DNA of 63,990 nucleotides, filler included, from Asterionella formosa (lineage: Eukaryota), in NCBI GenBank assembly GCA_002256025.1. It is 8 parts of 8 records of this genome, joined end to end, with 100 filler letters (N's around TTAATTAATTAA, not from the genome) between each part and the next. Parts side by side here need not be neighbours in the genome. Positions count along the whole stretch, not along the records: positions 32,510 to 40,516 come from NKIB01012340.1; positions 40,617 to 48,620 come from NKIB01012341.1; 6 more parts are not named here. One strand, written 5' to 3'. The notes under the pieces were generated by a model that saw only the letters and a list, made by a program, of their open reading frames with translations, was not told where the DNA came from and searched no databases. Of the stretch, positions 37,215 through 48,620 are shown piece after piece. A program made the position numbers and the translations under genes. Position 1 is the first letter of the stretch, and the number at the start of each line of letters is the position of its first letter.

Positions 37215-38263
37215 NNNNNNNNNNNNNNNNNNNNNNNNNNNNNNNNNNNNNNNNNNNNNNNNNNNNNNNNNNNNNNNNNNNNNNNNNNNNNNNNNNNNNN
37301 NNNNNNNNNNNNNNNNNNNNNNNNNNNNNNNNNNNNNNNNNNNNNNNNNNNNNNNNNNNNNNNNNNNNNNNNNNNNNNNNNNNNNNNNNNNNNNNNNNNN
37401 NNNNNNNNNNNNNNNNNNNNNNNNNNNNNNNNNNNNNNNNNNNNNNNNNNNNNNNNNNNNNNNNNNNNNNNNNNNNNNNNNNNNNNNNNNNNNNNNNNNN
37501 NNNNNNNNNNNNNNNNNNNNNNNNNNNNNNNNNNNNNNNNNNNNNNNNNNNNNNNNNNNNNNNNNNNNNNNNNNNNNNNNNNNNNNNNNNNNNNNNNNNN
37601 NNNNNNNNNNNNNNNNNNNNNNNNNNNNNNNNNNNNNNNNNNNNNNNNNNNNNNNNNNNNNNNNNNNNNNNNNNNNNNNNNNNNNNNNNNNNNNNNNNNN
37701 NNNNNNNNNNNNNNNNNNNNNNNNNNNNNNNNNNNNNNNNNNNNNNNNNNNNNNNNNNNNNNNNNNNNNNNNNNNNNNNNNNNNNNNNNNNNNNNNNNNN
37801 NNNNNNNNNTTAGAATACTATCATAGTAAACAGCACCGGTTCGTCGCGAAAGCTAAATATCTCATGTATGTGGACCTTTCTCGAAGAAAATCTGGTATGA
37901 TCCCAATCTTGTCAAATCTAAGTCTTAGAACGGGTACAAAGCCTACCTAAAATATGTAAGAAAACGACATTGTTGATAGCAGATGTTCAAAATCATCTTG
38001 CAGCACGACCTCCGAGCGAACCGATCATTTCTACCCCGGTAAGCACATTTCTTCAGCCAAGAAAACAACCAAAATCACAAGAACAAGGCAGATATACTGG
38101 TATATAGAGAACACAGGTAAAGCAATAATAAAATCAAAAGAGTACCTGGTACCGGTTAGGTTTAGAGCAAAACTGAGTATAACGCCTAACAGCATAACTA
38201 TACAAACAACAATATTCGCAACACGAATCACTACGTTACAAATCGAATACCTTGACGATCAAC

Positions 38264-38893
38264 ATGGGCGAGACAAAGCAAACACAATTGCAAGCTAAGG
38301 CTGACTTTGAGACCAAGGCACGTTTGGCAAGGCCTACGAGAGAAATCCTTGAAGAATTGGCCGTCGCTTGTGCCACAAATCCAAGTCCAGACAACACATT
38401 TCAGTATGCCTTTTGTTTAAGCAAATCCGACGAGAAGACCGAGCTCCGGTACGCCGTGACTATTCTAGATGGTTTAGTCAGAGATGGATACGAGCATCAA
38501 GTTGACTGTATGTATGGTTCCGCGACGGCTCTGTACTTGTTGGGGGACTACGAAGAGGCCAGGGTAAGTTTCACTGTGCATTCATTGAAACGATTCACTT
38601 CGATAAATCTTGCGACGCCGTTGGTTTACCAATTTTGCTCTGACCACGCTTTCCTTCAATGATATGTTGTTGTTTCTTTATCCTCTGTTGTTAATTAGGG
38701 AAGATGCGAAGGAATCTTGAGATCAAACCCTCACAGTCGTTTAGCTTCCGAGCTCCATCTCGCGTCAATTGCGGCTCAACAAGAGTGGGAACAAAAACAA
38801 GTCAAAAAGGCAGCCACCGCTGGAACTATTGCTATTGCAGTTATTGGAGTCGCTGGAATTCTCGCAAGTGCTTTACTCAGCCATAAGAAATAG
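38264..38893 (+). CDS. FIS1: Mitochondrial fission protein Fis1-like; exons 38264-38563, 38699-38893
   Basis: TPR-like FQYAFCLSKSD..LRYAVTILDGL..DCMYGSATALYLLGDYEEAR|GRCEGILRSNP, then a C-terminal tail-anchor TM and basic end HKK. GT-AG intron 38564-38698. Confidence 0.85.
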
Positions 38894-39055
38894 TTTTCAA
38901 TGGTCACTTCTAACATGACTTGTCGACAATGTTTTGACGGCGCACTTTTGAAGTTTTTAGGAGTTTTGTAGTTTCAGTTGGTGTGTGTTCCGTTGTTCTA
39001 CGCTGGATAAAAATTACCAGTAAAGAGACTAAGATAATTGTAGCTTGAATTCGTT

Positions 39056-40112
39056 TTATACTACCCGACTATCTATTGCACCTTGCAAAAAGAGTATGAA
39101 ACCTAACGAAAACGACGAGACAATCCCTGTCGTGACCATATCAGTGTCTTCATATGCTTCCAGCAATAATTCGAAGATCGCAACCCATGCCATGGCACCT
39201 CCGGCAAATCCCAAGCCAACTGGAAGGATTGGAATAAAGTATTGTACAAAGAGATAAGAGGGAACCGCCATAAGTGGCTGCGGGATACTAGACATGATTG
39301 CCCATAGCGCTGCTGTGAGCTTTGATGTCTTCTTTGGAAGGAGTACAACAGCGATTGCCAATCCCTCTGGAATGTTGTGTACTGCCAAACTTGCTGAAAT
39401 GAAGACTCCGAGGTCACTTCCTCGTGATCCACCAAAGCTGACACCAATACCGACACCCTCTGAAAACGAATGCAGGGTCATGACAAAAAAAATCAAAAGG
39501 GCCCTCCGCGCGTCAGCACCTCCTAGTCCACCAACATGGACATCTTCGTACTTTTCCAAAAATTGCTTGGTCCCGAGAATAAAGACTAGTCCAAGCAAGG
39601 CACCGATAGCTGTTCGAACTTCACTGGATACTTGCACATCGCCCTCTTCGCCGAATGTGCATCCTTCGACAAATAATGAGTAGCTAGCACCAATCATCAT
39701 ACCAGCGGCAACAGCTATAAAACGCCCAAATTAATTGGATGCGGTCAGCTACGAAATGCATTCGATTTTCAGATAGTTATTCAATTCCATGTGCAAACTC
39801 ACCATTGGAGATTCCCACCCAGAATTTATCGAAATCGGGTACTAAAACCAAAGGCAAAACTCCCAGACCAGTACTCATGGCAGTAATCCAACCGTAGTAC
39901 CAAACATGCAGCAATGTGGGATCTCCAACAGGCTGAAATGGAACTGGTAAAGTTAGATAGCTCAAAAGTACAAGACCACCCAAAGCAAAGATTGCCCAGG
40001 CGGGTGTCGACACATCGTTGGCGACTGTCACGATCACTCCGTTGTTCGCCGCTTTGCGCTCTACCTCGGCTCCGTTCACTGATTGTATCGAATCCTTATT
40101 GTTCTCTACCAT
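39056..40112 (-). CDS. ZIP family (ZupT/GufA-like) metal transporter; exons 40112-39803, 39714-39056
   Basis: STGLGVLPL, SN|AVAAGMMIGAS, MTLHSFSEGVGIG, LAVHNIPEGLAIA, GFAGGAM. GT-AG intron 39802-39715. Confidence 0.92.
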
Positions 40113-40616
40113 GATGAAACTGTAGAGGTGTATTCGATTTCAGTCGCTATGTAAGTCGCCGCGATGAACCACGAGACGCTTGTTCGTACTAGCTACTGAG
40201 CGGCCACTTCTACTCTCGGAAAGTCAAAAATGTCAGCGTATATTCCATCAACCAACCGACTCAAGCCGTTGTTTCTTAAGTTCAATCAAAGGTATTTGCC
40301 ACTACTACTACAATCTTCGGAACGGTTGTTAAAACGCAGCAAGTTGCATAAAACGCCCCGACACCGTGTCTGAACTTCATCGAGAGGAACGTTAGTTGTA
40401 TTACCTGAGGTAGTCAAGCAAACCTGCGGTTAGCAACGCATGATGGCCAGATGGAGGCACGATACCTGTGACGATTCCTTCGTGTATGCACATTCATACT
40501 GCAAATGCTAGACTAANNNNNNNNNNNNNNNNNNNNNNNNNNNNNNNNNNNNNNNNNNNNTTAATTAATTAANNNNNNNNNNNNNNNNNNNNNNNNNNNN
40601 NNNNNNNNNNNNNNNN

Positions 40617-41032
40617 ATTTCTTTTCAAGCTCTTAACAGATTGCACACGAACATACTGTGCAATGTAGATAATGATTCATCGAAGACATAGTATGATGAC
40701 TTGAACGACAAATGAAGACTTTATCACAAACACTTGTTCCTCTCAACATGGCCGCTTTCTAGTTGTTGCAAGAATCAGAGTGAGGACTGGCGAGGATGAT
40801 GAGCCAAACCACATTACTTTAACTGGTACATTATTCTACCAAGAAATTTAAATAATGTAATCTAAAAGAAACAATACATATAATAATTAAATTTTTCATA
40901 GTCAAAAGGGTTACTATTAAATTACGAGGGCATTTATCAAAATCATTAGATGATATAATGAATTATTATCAGATGATCATAATCCTATGATGCATCACAG
41001 GAATATGATGATTTTTAATTGCAGAAGCAGTC
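40617..41032 (-). mobile_element. DNA transposon copy C (right end only, next to gap)
   Basis: Matches ~2031-2427 and ~61662-62084. Ends ATGATGATTTTTAATTGCAGAAGCAGTC, which corresponds to the terminal inverted repeat. Confidence 0.85.
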
Positions 41033-41871
41033 AGGGTGGATTCTTTTGGGAGAGGGTTGATGACTTTCTCGATATCTGGCTGCTATTTTCTTTGTTGCTG
41101 CTACTAGGATTGTATGATTGCAGGGGGAAAATGATGTTGCTCAGTCCCAAGTCGATGACTTGGAACAATGAACAAGTAGCTATTTCTGATGAAACATGTA
41201 TCCCAGTAGGTACATATATGTAAATTTACATAGTAGACTATGTATCTGTTTCTGCTACTAGCTGACTACCAGGTATGTAATAAACAATCGCGCTCAACGC
41301 ATGCATGTACATACTTACTATCTACTGGCTTGATGTTAGCGGGATGAAAGGCATCTCAATCCAGCTACATTTACATACACTAGTACTATGAATGAGCAAA
41401 AGCCAAGCCCATTTAAGCCTCAGTCATAATACATAGCTGTGAATTTCTATTGGTTTAAAATATGGCTCCCACTAGCAGCATCAGCCACGCCTACCGGTGC
41501 ACCAGTACCGGTAGCTTAATTTTTACAGGTTTACACAAATTTGCCTTATATTGGTGTACTGTGCTCAAAAGTTATCTAGATTAAAATACCGGTTCCTGCT
41601 GGGTCTGAAAATGATAGCATATTTTCTAGTACTAGCTACATATGTAGTAGGACATATGCTGGGACAAACAACGACGTCATGTACCGGTATATTATTTCGA
41701 CGGAATAATGGGGAGAGCTTTTAGGATATTAAATCTCAAGTCTGAGATATATATGAAGAACAAAATGTGATGTACCTGCCCAGGCATCTGAATCCTATGA
41801 ATCTACACATGACAAGTTCTCCATGTGCACCGCCAGTAAACCGGTTAGATATCCATACATAGCTACCAGTA

Positions 41872-42910
41872 GTATGGGGTTGATGATTCATCATTGCTGC
41901 CTTGACCATAATGAACAGATCGGACTCAATGTCTCCACGAAAATTGACAATGAATAATTCCTATTTCGCACATATATCTAGCCTAACATAGACGAGGGAA
42001 TCGTTTTGTTGTCGTCGTTTGCTCAATTTTGAAGCTACAATCAAAATAGAGACATCATTGAGTCCATAGTAGTTAGCTTGATAACTCATGCTAATAATAA
42101 TTTCAATCAACTGTACAGTTTGTTGAGAAACATTGAGAAAATTAAATCACGGAGAGGCATCGCCACAAGCAAGTAAGAAACTATCCTATAAAAATGCCAC
42201 TACCTTGCTCACTCACTCCAACTTTCACAAGAAAGCATGAATAACTAGACCTGAAAACAATGGACCTGGCAACATTGTTTTGAGTCACTTTCAAAAGATT
42301 AACCAACCAAGGTCTCACACTTGCCACACAGCATGCATACACATATTGCCTACAAGTAGAACCGCAAATTCCGAAAACAGTGCAAGTTCCAACTGAGAGT
42401 AAATTCCAAAGGTCTGACAGCCTTCTTGCATGCCCAACTTGACATCCGCATGAAAAATTCAACAATATGCTAAAGAGACGTTGGATACATTTTTCATCGA
42501 GATGCTTTTGGATTACAAATTATTAAGTAAATATTATGGTACGCTATTGAAAATGAACTCGACATTTGTGGAGGTTGTGAAGTCGCTCTTGGCCCCCCAG
42601 AGGGCCTTAGACCTGCTTGTTGTCTGCCTCACCACCCGAAACCCAAGTGACTACATAAACAAAGCAGGTGGAAAATGCGGAAATCGAACCCGCCACCTCG
42701 GAAGGTGAGCTAGCTAACCAAGCAACTAGCTAAGCTATTCCACTAGATGCTTTTGGATTATATATGCAGGACATTGCCAGCATGCATACCAGCACTGGGT
42801 TCCCCTACACTTTTTGCATTAAAATGTCCGAAAATTCAATATGAGTTAGTCCAGAGAATACGCGATTACTTTTTCTGACTAAATATCTAGCAAATCAATC
42901 ATTTTTTATT
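41872..42910. repeat. Dispersed non-coding repeat (segments X 41872-42090 and Y 42808-42910)
   Basis: X matches 55403-55680 (e.g. ATTGACAATGAA[T/C]AATTCCTATTTCGCAC, TTAGCTTGATAACT). Y matches 55040-55140 (ACTTTTTGCAT..TGACTAAAT..TAGCAAATCAAT). Confidence 0.75.
42516..42744 (-). mobile_element. tRNA-derived SINE (229 bp) with 16-bp target-site duplication
   Basis: tRNA-like head 42743-42668 (GTGGAAT..TTTCCAC acceptor-like stem, A box TAGCTTAGCTAG, B box GGTTCGATTTCC), a unique body and an AT-rich tail. Flanked by the exact direct repeat AGATGCTTTTGGATTA at 42500-42515 and 42745-42760. Confidence 0.8.
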
Positions 42911-43597
42911 TCTACTTTCAATGTAAGTTTGTAATTGCTATTTCTGTTAAGATTTCAATCAATGGATACAGTGACGCAAAACAACGACGAAGATGCATAG
43001 AAAGGAATTACATAATACACAAACAAGCTAACAATATTGTATACAGTATACATACATACAAAGCGGTAATAGCAAGCACACCAGCATAAATGACTAAAAT
43101 TGGTTCTATATTACTTTTTATTGAATGGAGCTAATGTATTTGTTACAATTCGCATTGAACAAACAGGTTGCTGAAAATTCTTACGGTGGCTGTCTGAACT
43201 TTGTTTCATGTACTGAAATTTTTTGCGAACAAGAGCAATTTAAAATTTAAGAAACAGTGAGAATTTATAGAGAAAGGTCGATAGCGAGAAGGCTAGCAAC
43301 GATAGATAAAAGTACGTACTAGTACCACAACAGGTAAGTTTTACGTAAGGAGATTGTCAGACGGGAAGGAGCACGAGGAAGCTTTTTTTAACACGCATCA
43401 CTCATGCACGAAAAACAATTTGAAATGTGAGGAGGACAAAAATATGCAGCGCTACATACACATAGACAAAACTAATGTAATTATTAAAATGAAGTGCGAT
43501 TTACATCAGACCGCAATAGTAGTAATCATTGTTGAACAAGGAAATCCCACCTTCGAACAACTTAACTTAAAATATATATAGCCAGCATATACAAAAG

Positions 43598-44972
43598 ATG
43601 CTACTACCAGAGGAGCCAGATCAAGAGGGGGCGAACGACATCGTGGAGGCCACTAGTGGCGCAGTAATCCAAATGAGCGACTATACTTACGAGTTGGACG
43701 ATGCCTCCATTGCGATATACCCTGCCTCTCCACGAGGAAGTTCGAAGCTCTTGAGAGTTAACGAAAATGGAGAAGTATCCCACTTCTCTAGTTTCTCAGA
43801 GTCGTTTGTATCCTTGGCGAAAGGCGCTCATGTTGTCTTTAACGAAAGCAGAGTCCTCGACGCTAGATTATTCGTCAAAACGAATGGAGATCAAAAAGTT
43901 GAAATGATGATTCTTGACATGGGAGACATTGATATAACAGCGCCGTGCAATGAGACTTTTCTCACAGTCATGCTCCGAACGGATCAAGTGCAAGCAGGCG
44001 ATGTTTTTGACGACGCAATTGGTGGCATAGGGAATATTGAAATCGCCAAGGTCAACGGGTAAGTGCAGCAACTAATGTCCTTTTCTTCCTGCTGATACAT
44101 TTCTTTTCTCAAGGCATTATTTTTTCTGTCACAGAATCTGGGAGGAAGATGTCAAAAGTGATGGAAACGGCACCGAATGCGTGATACGAATCTTGGAAAC
44201 AATGTCGTTAGAGGAGTACCTTGCGGTGGCTGGCAATGTGCCGATCCCACCATACTTTCATCGTGACGCTGAGATTAGCGACAAGGAATCCTACAATAAT
44301 ATTTATGCAGCAACCGGTGGATCGGTCGCGGCTCCTACAGCAGGACTGCACTTTACTGACCAAGTGTTGGCCGACCTTGGAGCCGCAAACTGTAGCTTCC
44401 TTTCCCTTCATGTGGGAGCCGGAACATTCAAACCAGTCATAGTGTTGGATGCACGTGACCACACCATGCACGCCGAAACATTTTCAGTCAGTGTGTTGGA
44501 GATGAAACGCATTGTTGCTGTCATGGTAGTGGGAAAGCCTTTGATTGCAGTAGGAACCACGTCGTCGAGAACATTGGAAAGTCTGTATTGGTGTGGAGTC
44601 AAACGCCTTAATGGTATGGAAATTGACACTATGAATCTTTCTCTTGGCCAGTTTGAATGGATGTCATTGATGGCTCTCAAGCCTACAGTTTCTGCTTCAA
44701 GAGCATTTCAATCTCTCTTGGAAGACTTGAAGGACCACGACGTCGTGTGTGGCAAGACATGCCTTATGATTGTGCCTGGATCGTACGAATTCAAGGTAGT
44801 CGATCATCTTGTGACCAACTTTCATGCCCCAGATTCGACGCTAATGCTACTGGTATCTGCCTTTCTCAAGAGCGGTGAAAAGATAAAGTTGATATACGAG
44901 GAGGCACAGCGAAACGGATACAAGTTCCTTTCCTACGGCGACGTGTGCATGTTGACACGCCCAAGATGCTGA
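43598..44972 (+). CDS. queA: S-adenosylmethionine:tRNA ribosyltransferase-isomerase (QueA); exons 43598-44058, 44135-44972
   Basis: QueA motifs: DYTYEL..IAIYPASPRGSSKLL, VFNESRVLDARL, GNVPIPPYF, GSVAAPTAGLHFT, LHVGAGTFKPV, AVGTTSSRTLES, LVTNFHAPDSTL, YKFLSYGD. The GT-AG intron 44059-44134 (76 nt) restores the frame. Confidence 0.93.
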
Positions 44973-46227
44973 TAGTACTTGCTACTGTGTATCTGGAGTA
45001 TGCAATCTAAATTGTTTGGAGTCATGTTAGTAAAGTACCTTTCATGACAGAGCTGGACTCAGTATTTTATTTTCAAATGAAGGGTCGTCCCTAGATTCGC
45101 CCCGTAATGATAAAACATAGCTGTGGCATGGTAGTGCTTTAGGTCGAGACTATACTCTTGATTATTCCCGTTCTTTGTTAGATGTTGAAATTGGGACGAA
45201 TGCCGAGTGACGAGGTACCTGGAGTAGGTACCCTGGACTCTACTTCTGCTGTGATGCATTTTAGTCAGTCTGAGGATAATGTAATACAGGATGTTACATC
45301 ATCTGCCTCCCTGCGATGGTCGTGGTCTAACGCTCAGCAATCTTAACACCCATCATCGTATAAAGAAGGCAGAGTCTAAGAGAAGAATGATACCTACTAC
45401 TGTAGAAATGTGTGAAGGCGGGCCAAAAAGTGATGTGCTTNNNNNNNNNNNNNNNNNNNNNNNNNNNNNNNNNNNNNNNNNNNNNNNNNNNNNNNNNNNN
45501 NNNNNNNNNNNNNNNNNNNNNNNNNNNNNNNNNNNNNNNNNNNNNNNNNNNNNNNNNNNNNNNNNNNNNNNNNNNNNNNNNNNNNNNNNNNNNNNNNNNN
45601 NNNNNNNNNNNNNNNNNNNNNNNNNNNNNNNNNNNNNNNNNNNNNNNNNNNNNNNNNNNNNNNNNNNNNNNNNNNNNNNNNNNNNNNNNNNNNNNNNNNN
45701 NNNNNNNNNNNNNNNNNNNNNNNNNNNNNNNNNNNNNNNNNNNNNNNNNNNNNNNNNNNNNNNNNNNNNNNNNNNNNNNNNNNNNNNNNNNNNNNNNNNN
45801 NNNNNNNNNNNNNNNNNNNNNNNNNNNNNNNNNNNNNNNNNNNNNNNNNNNNNNNNNNNNNNNNNNNNNNNNNNNNNNNNNNNNNNNNNNNNNNNNNNNN
45901 NNNNNNNNNNNNNNNNNNNNNNNNNNNNNNNNATGTATGTAATATGTCATACTCGACGAAAAATTCACCGGCGCACCAGCCCCACAATGACCATACGTAT
46001 GTTCTTCATGTTCCTGATATATGATATATAAATATATACCGGTATATGGTAGGAGGAACAAGAAACGAGGGGGAGGAAGAAAGAGCAACAAGCGACGTGA
46101 CAAATCTCGCGTGCTGAGAGCGAACAGAGCTCAACACACCAACCACTGCCCAACAGAACAGAACAGAACAGTCCAAGGACAAGATCAGTGCTGGTGTTGT
46201 TTTGACAAACAAACCATTGTTTTCACC

Positions 46228-47544
46228 ATGACGACTCTACTAATAGTCACTCACCACCAGCGCCAATATTATTACAACCTCGTATCGCTCGCCGCAACGA
46301 CTCGTCGGTTCACGAGCACGCAACGAGTCGCCCCAATACCGTCCCATTCTGTGGCGGGCGATGATGACAACACCCTCCGCCGACCCATTTATGTCGCTGC
46401 GACTCGACAACACGTCGGGAAGACGTCAGTCAGCTTGGCCTTGCTCAGCGGCCTACAGAAACGGTTCGATCAAGTTGGATTCATCAAACCTGTGGGACAG
46501 CAATCCTTGACTGTCATGGAAGACGGTCACCCCCTAGAGGTAGACAAGGACGTGGCGCTAGTGAAGGGACACTTCCATTTGGACCACTTGCCCTATAAGT
46601 ACATGTCTCCCGTATTGATCCCGAAAGGATACACGAAGAAGTATCTAGATGGCCAGATTAGCGATGACGCGCAACAAGAAATGGTGCAGCAAGCGTACTC
46701 GGAAATTTCGAGCAGGAGCGATGTGGTGTTGTGCGAAGGGACAGGACACTGTGCTGTCGGGAGTATTGTCAATATCAACAACGCCAAAGTCGCCAGCTGG
46801 CTGGGGGCGGACATGGTCCTTGTTGCCAATGGTGGGTTGGGAAGTGCCTACGATGAATTAGAGCTTAACCGTGTCTTGTGCCACTACCACGGGGTCAACA
46901 TTGCCGGTGTTGTTATCAACAAGGTCCAGGCGGATAAATATGATCAGACCGTGCAGTATTTGGGAAATGCACTGGCACGGTTAAACATTCCACTTTTGGG
47001 GGTCATTCCTGATCGACCATTTCTGGGATGTCCAGCGATTGCTGATCTGGAACGGCTCTTTGGTTCACCCCTACTTAGTGGACGAGAACATCGACTCAGA
47101 CATTATACTGTGAAGGACCTGAACTTGGTGGCCACTTCGTTGAGTGTCTTTTTAGAGAATCTGCGAGAAAAACCAAATCGAACCATGTATGTTTGTCATG
47201 CTTCGAGAAATGATATCCTCCTTGGGTTTCTTGGAGAGGCACTCAGGCGCAAGCAGGTTGGTGTGCCCTTTGAGGCTGCTTTGGTAGTTTGTGAAGGACA
47301 CTTGCTTGAGCCTCAAGTAATTGACATGTTGGACTTGGAGGGGGCTCCTCCTATTTTGGTAGTGCCTAATCCCACAAGCGAGGCCATGGCGTTGATACAC
47401 TCATATACGCCTAAACTCAATGTGGACGATACGACGAGAGTGGATACCACGGTACGACATTACGAACCCTATATTGATTTTGAATTGTTGTTGAAACGAA
47501 CTGGAAATGCGAGAAAGTCACCAGCAACAGAAGTACCAAACTGA
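46228..47544 (+). CDS. AAA_26 (BioD-like P-loop) + DRTGG-like protein, corresponding to the phosphate acetyltransferase N-terminal region without the catalytic PTA domain
   Basis: IYVAATRQHVGKTSVSL, VGFIKPVGQ, VVLCEGTG, NAKVASWLG, GVVINKV, LGVIP, HASRNDILLG. R/T/S-rich N-terminal presequence. Stop immediately after the DRTGG-like region. Confidence 0.82.
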   Translation: MTTLLIVTHHQRQYYYNLVSLAATTRRFTSTQRVAPIPSHSVAGDDDNTLRRPIYVAATRQHVGKTSVSLALLSGLQKRFDQVGFIKPVGQQSLTVMEDGHPLEVDKDVALVKGHFHLDHLPYKYMSPVLIPKGYTKKYLDGQISDDAQQEMVQQAYSEISSRSDVVLCEGTGHCAVGSIVNINNAKVASWLGADMVLVANGGLGSAYDELELNRVLCHYHGVNIAGVVINKVQADKYDQTVQYLGNALARLNIPLLGVIPDRPFLGCPAIADLERLFGSPLLSGREHRLRHYTVKDLNLVATSLSVFLENLREKPNRTMYVCHASRNDILLGFLGEALRRKQVGVPFEAALVVCEGHLLEPQVIDMLDLEGAPPILVVPNPTSEAMALIHSYTPKLNVDDTTRVDTTVRHYEPYIDFELLLKRTGNARKSPATEVPN

Positions 47545-47750
47545 AATCATTCTTTCATTGGAATACACTGAGAAAGTGAGACCGCCTTCATTCGAATTGA
47601 AACATGTCATTTGTGCATATAAAAAAGTCCGATGTCATGAGAGGCAGATTCATTCCATAGACGACAAAGGAAAAGAATAAAATAAGTACTTGCTGAATGT
47701 CCGTCCAGAATATAGAATCCCATAGTTATCCTCAAAAAAACATTCTATTC

Positions 47751-48620
47751 TCAATTCATCTGCCCCGCTCGCCCAAAATTAGCTCGTCCTCCACCATCGG
47801 CTCCATTGGGTTGTTCCTTTGGTGTACCCCCTTGTTCATGTGTCCGATTCCATATTTCCAAGTAATACAAAAGCGTACTCAAATCTTGCACTCGATTTCT
47901 AGGTAAGGGATTCATGGATCCCAATTCCGCAAAAGGTCCTTCTTCGACAAACCCAGCTGCCAACAACAGTCCCCGAGCAGGCGTGTTCCATACCTGGTGA
48001 TAAAACGTTTTCCCCGCAATACGAATTTGACGATATTTGGATTCCTTCGGATGACGAACAATGTTGGTCAAATATTTGATCAAGGTAGTAGCGTACATGT
48101 AATCTAGTCTTGACATTTGTTGAAAGCACCAAGTTACGGCTTGTTGTGTTGTTTCCATGTCCAATGGAAAGACAGGATCGTGAATGGAGCACATCAATTC
48201 CGTCGTGGAGGGCCGTTGCAAAGCAAAGGTGTGTCTCCCCAGTGCTGGGTCATCTGGATCTGTCGTTGGCACTGCATCTGTCGTTGGGATAACACGGTAT
48301 GGGATAAAATGTAACACGAGTTGTCCCGTGTCCTTACATCTAAAGGTCCATGGATGACCAATCCATGTCGTTTGATTGAAGACACTTCCATTCTTGATGG
48401 TACCTCGAAGAATTTCTTTGCCCTTGTAGTCGACCCAAAATACATCAACGGTCCGGTGCATGGAGTTCAGAATCTCCAGCTTTAGTGGCACGTGACCACG
48501 TTCCGAACGTGGAATGAAAGAAGGGGCTACTTCTTGACCATTCGCCTTGCCAATGGTGTACACGCGATAGAGACTAGCTTCCACTTCGTACCAACTCGTG
48601 AACCCATGCAGTCCAGGATG
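47751..48620 (-). CDS. VHL-beta-domain + PUB-domain protein (5' end in gap)
   Basis: VHL-like region RSE..LEILNSMHRTVDVFWVDYKGKE..TTWIGHPWTFR and PUB-like region TLIKYLTNIVRHPKESKYRQIRI..ARGLLLAAGF. Confidence 0.8.
   Translation of the reverse strand, partial: HPGLHGFTSWYEVEASLYRVYTIGKANGQEVAPSFIPRSERGHVPLKLEILNSMHRTVDVFWVDYKGKEILRGTIKNGSVFNQTTWIGHPWTFRCKDTGQLVLHFIPYRVIPTTDAVPTTDPDDPALGRHTFALQRPSTTELMCSIHDPVFPLDMETTQQAVTWCFQQMSRLDYMYATTLIKYLTNIVRHPKESKYRQIRIAGKTFYHQVWNTPARGLLLAAGFVEEGPFAELGSMNPLPRNRVQDLSTLLYYLEIWNRTHEQGGTPKEQPNGADGGGRANFGRAGQMN

Noticed and set aside
42668..42743. Functional tRNA gene
   Set aside because: The D and anticodon arms do not form a convincing cloverleaf, and the sequence sits inside a TSD-flanked insert, so it is treated as a SINE head.
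43598..47544. Bacterial contamination or operon (queA + PTA-like)
   Set aside because: queA has a spliceosomal intron and shares a contig with diatom repeats, the PTA-like gene has an N-terminal presequence, and the two are more than 1.2 kb apart.
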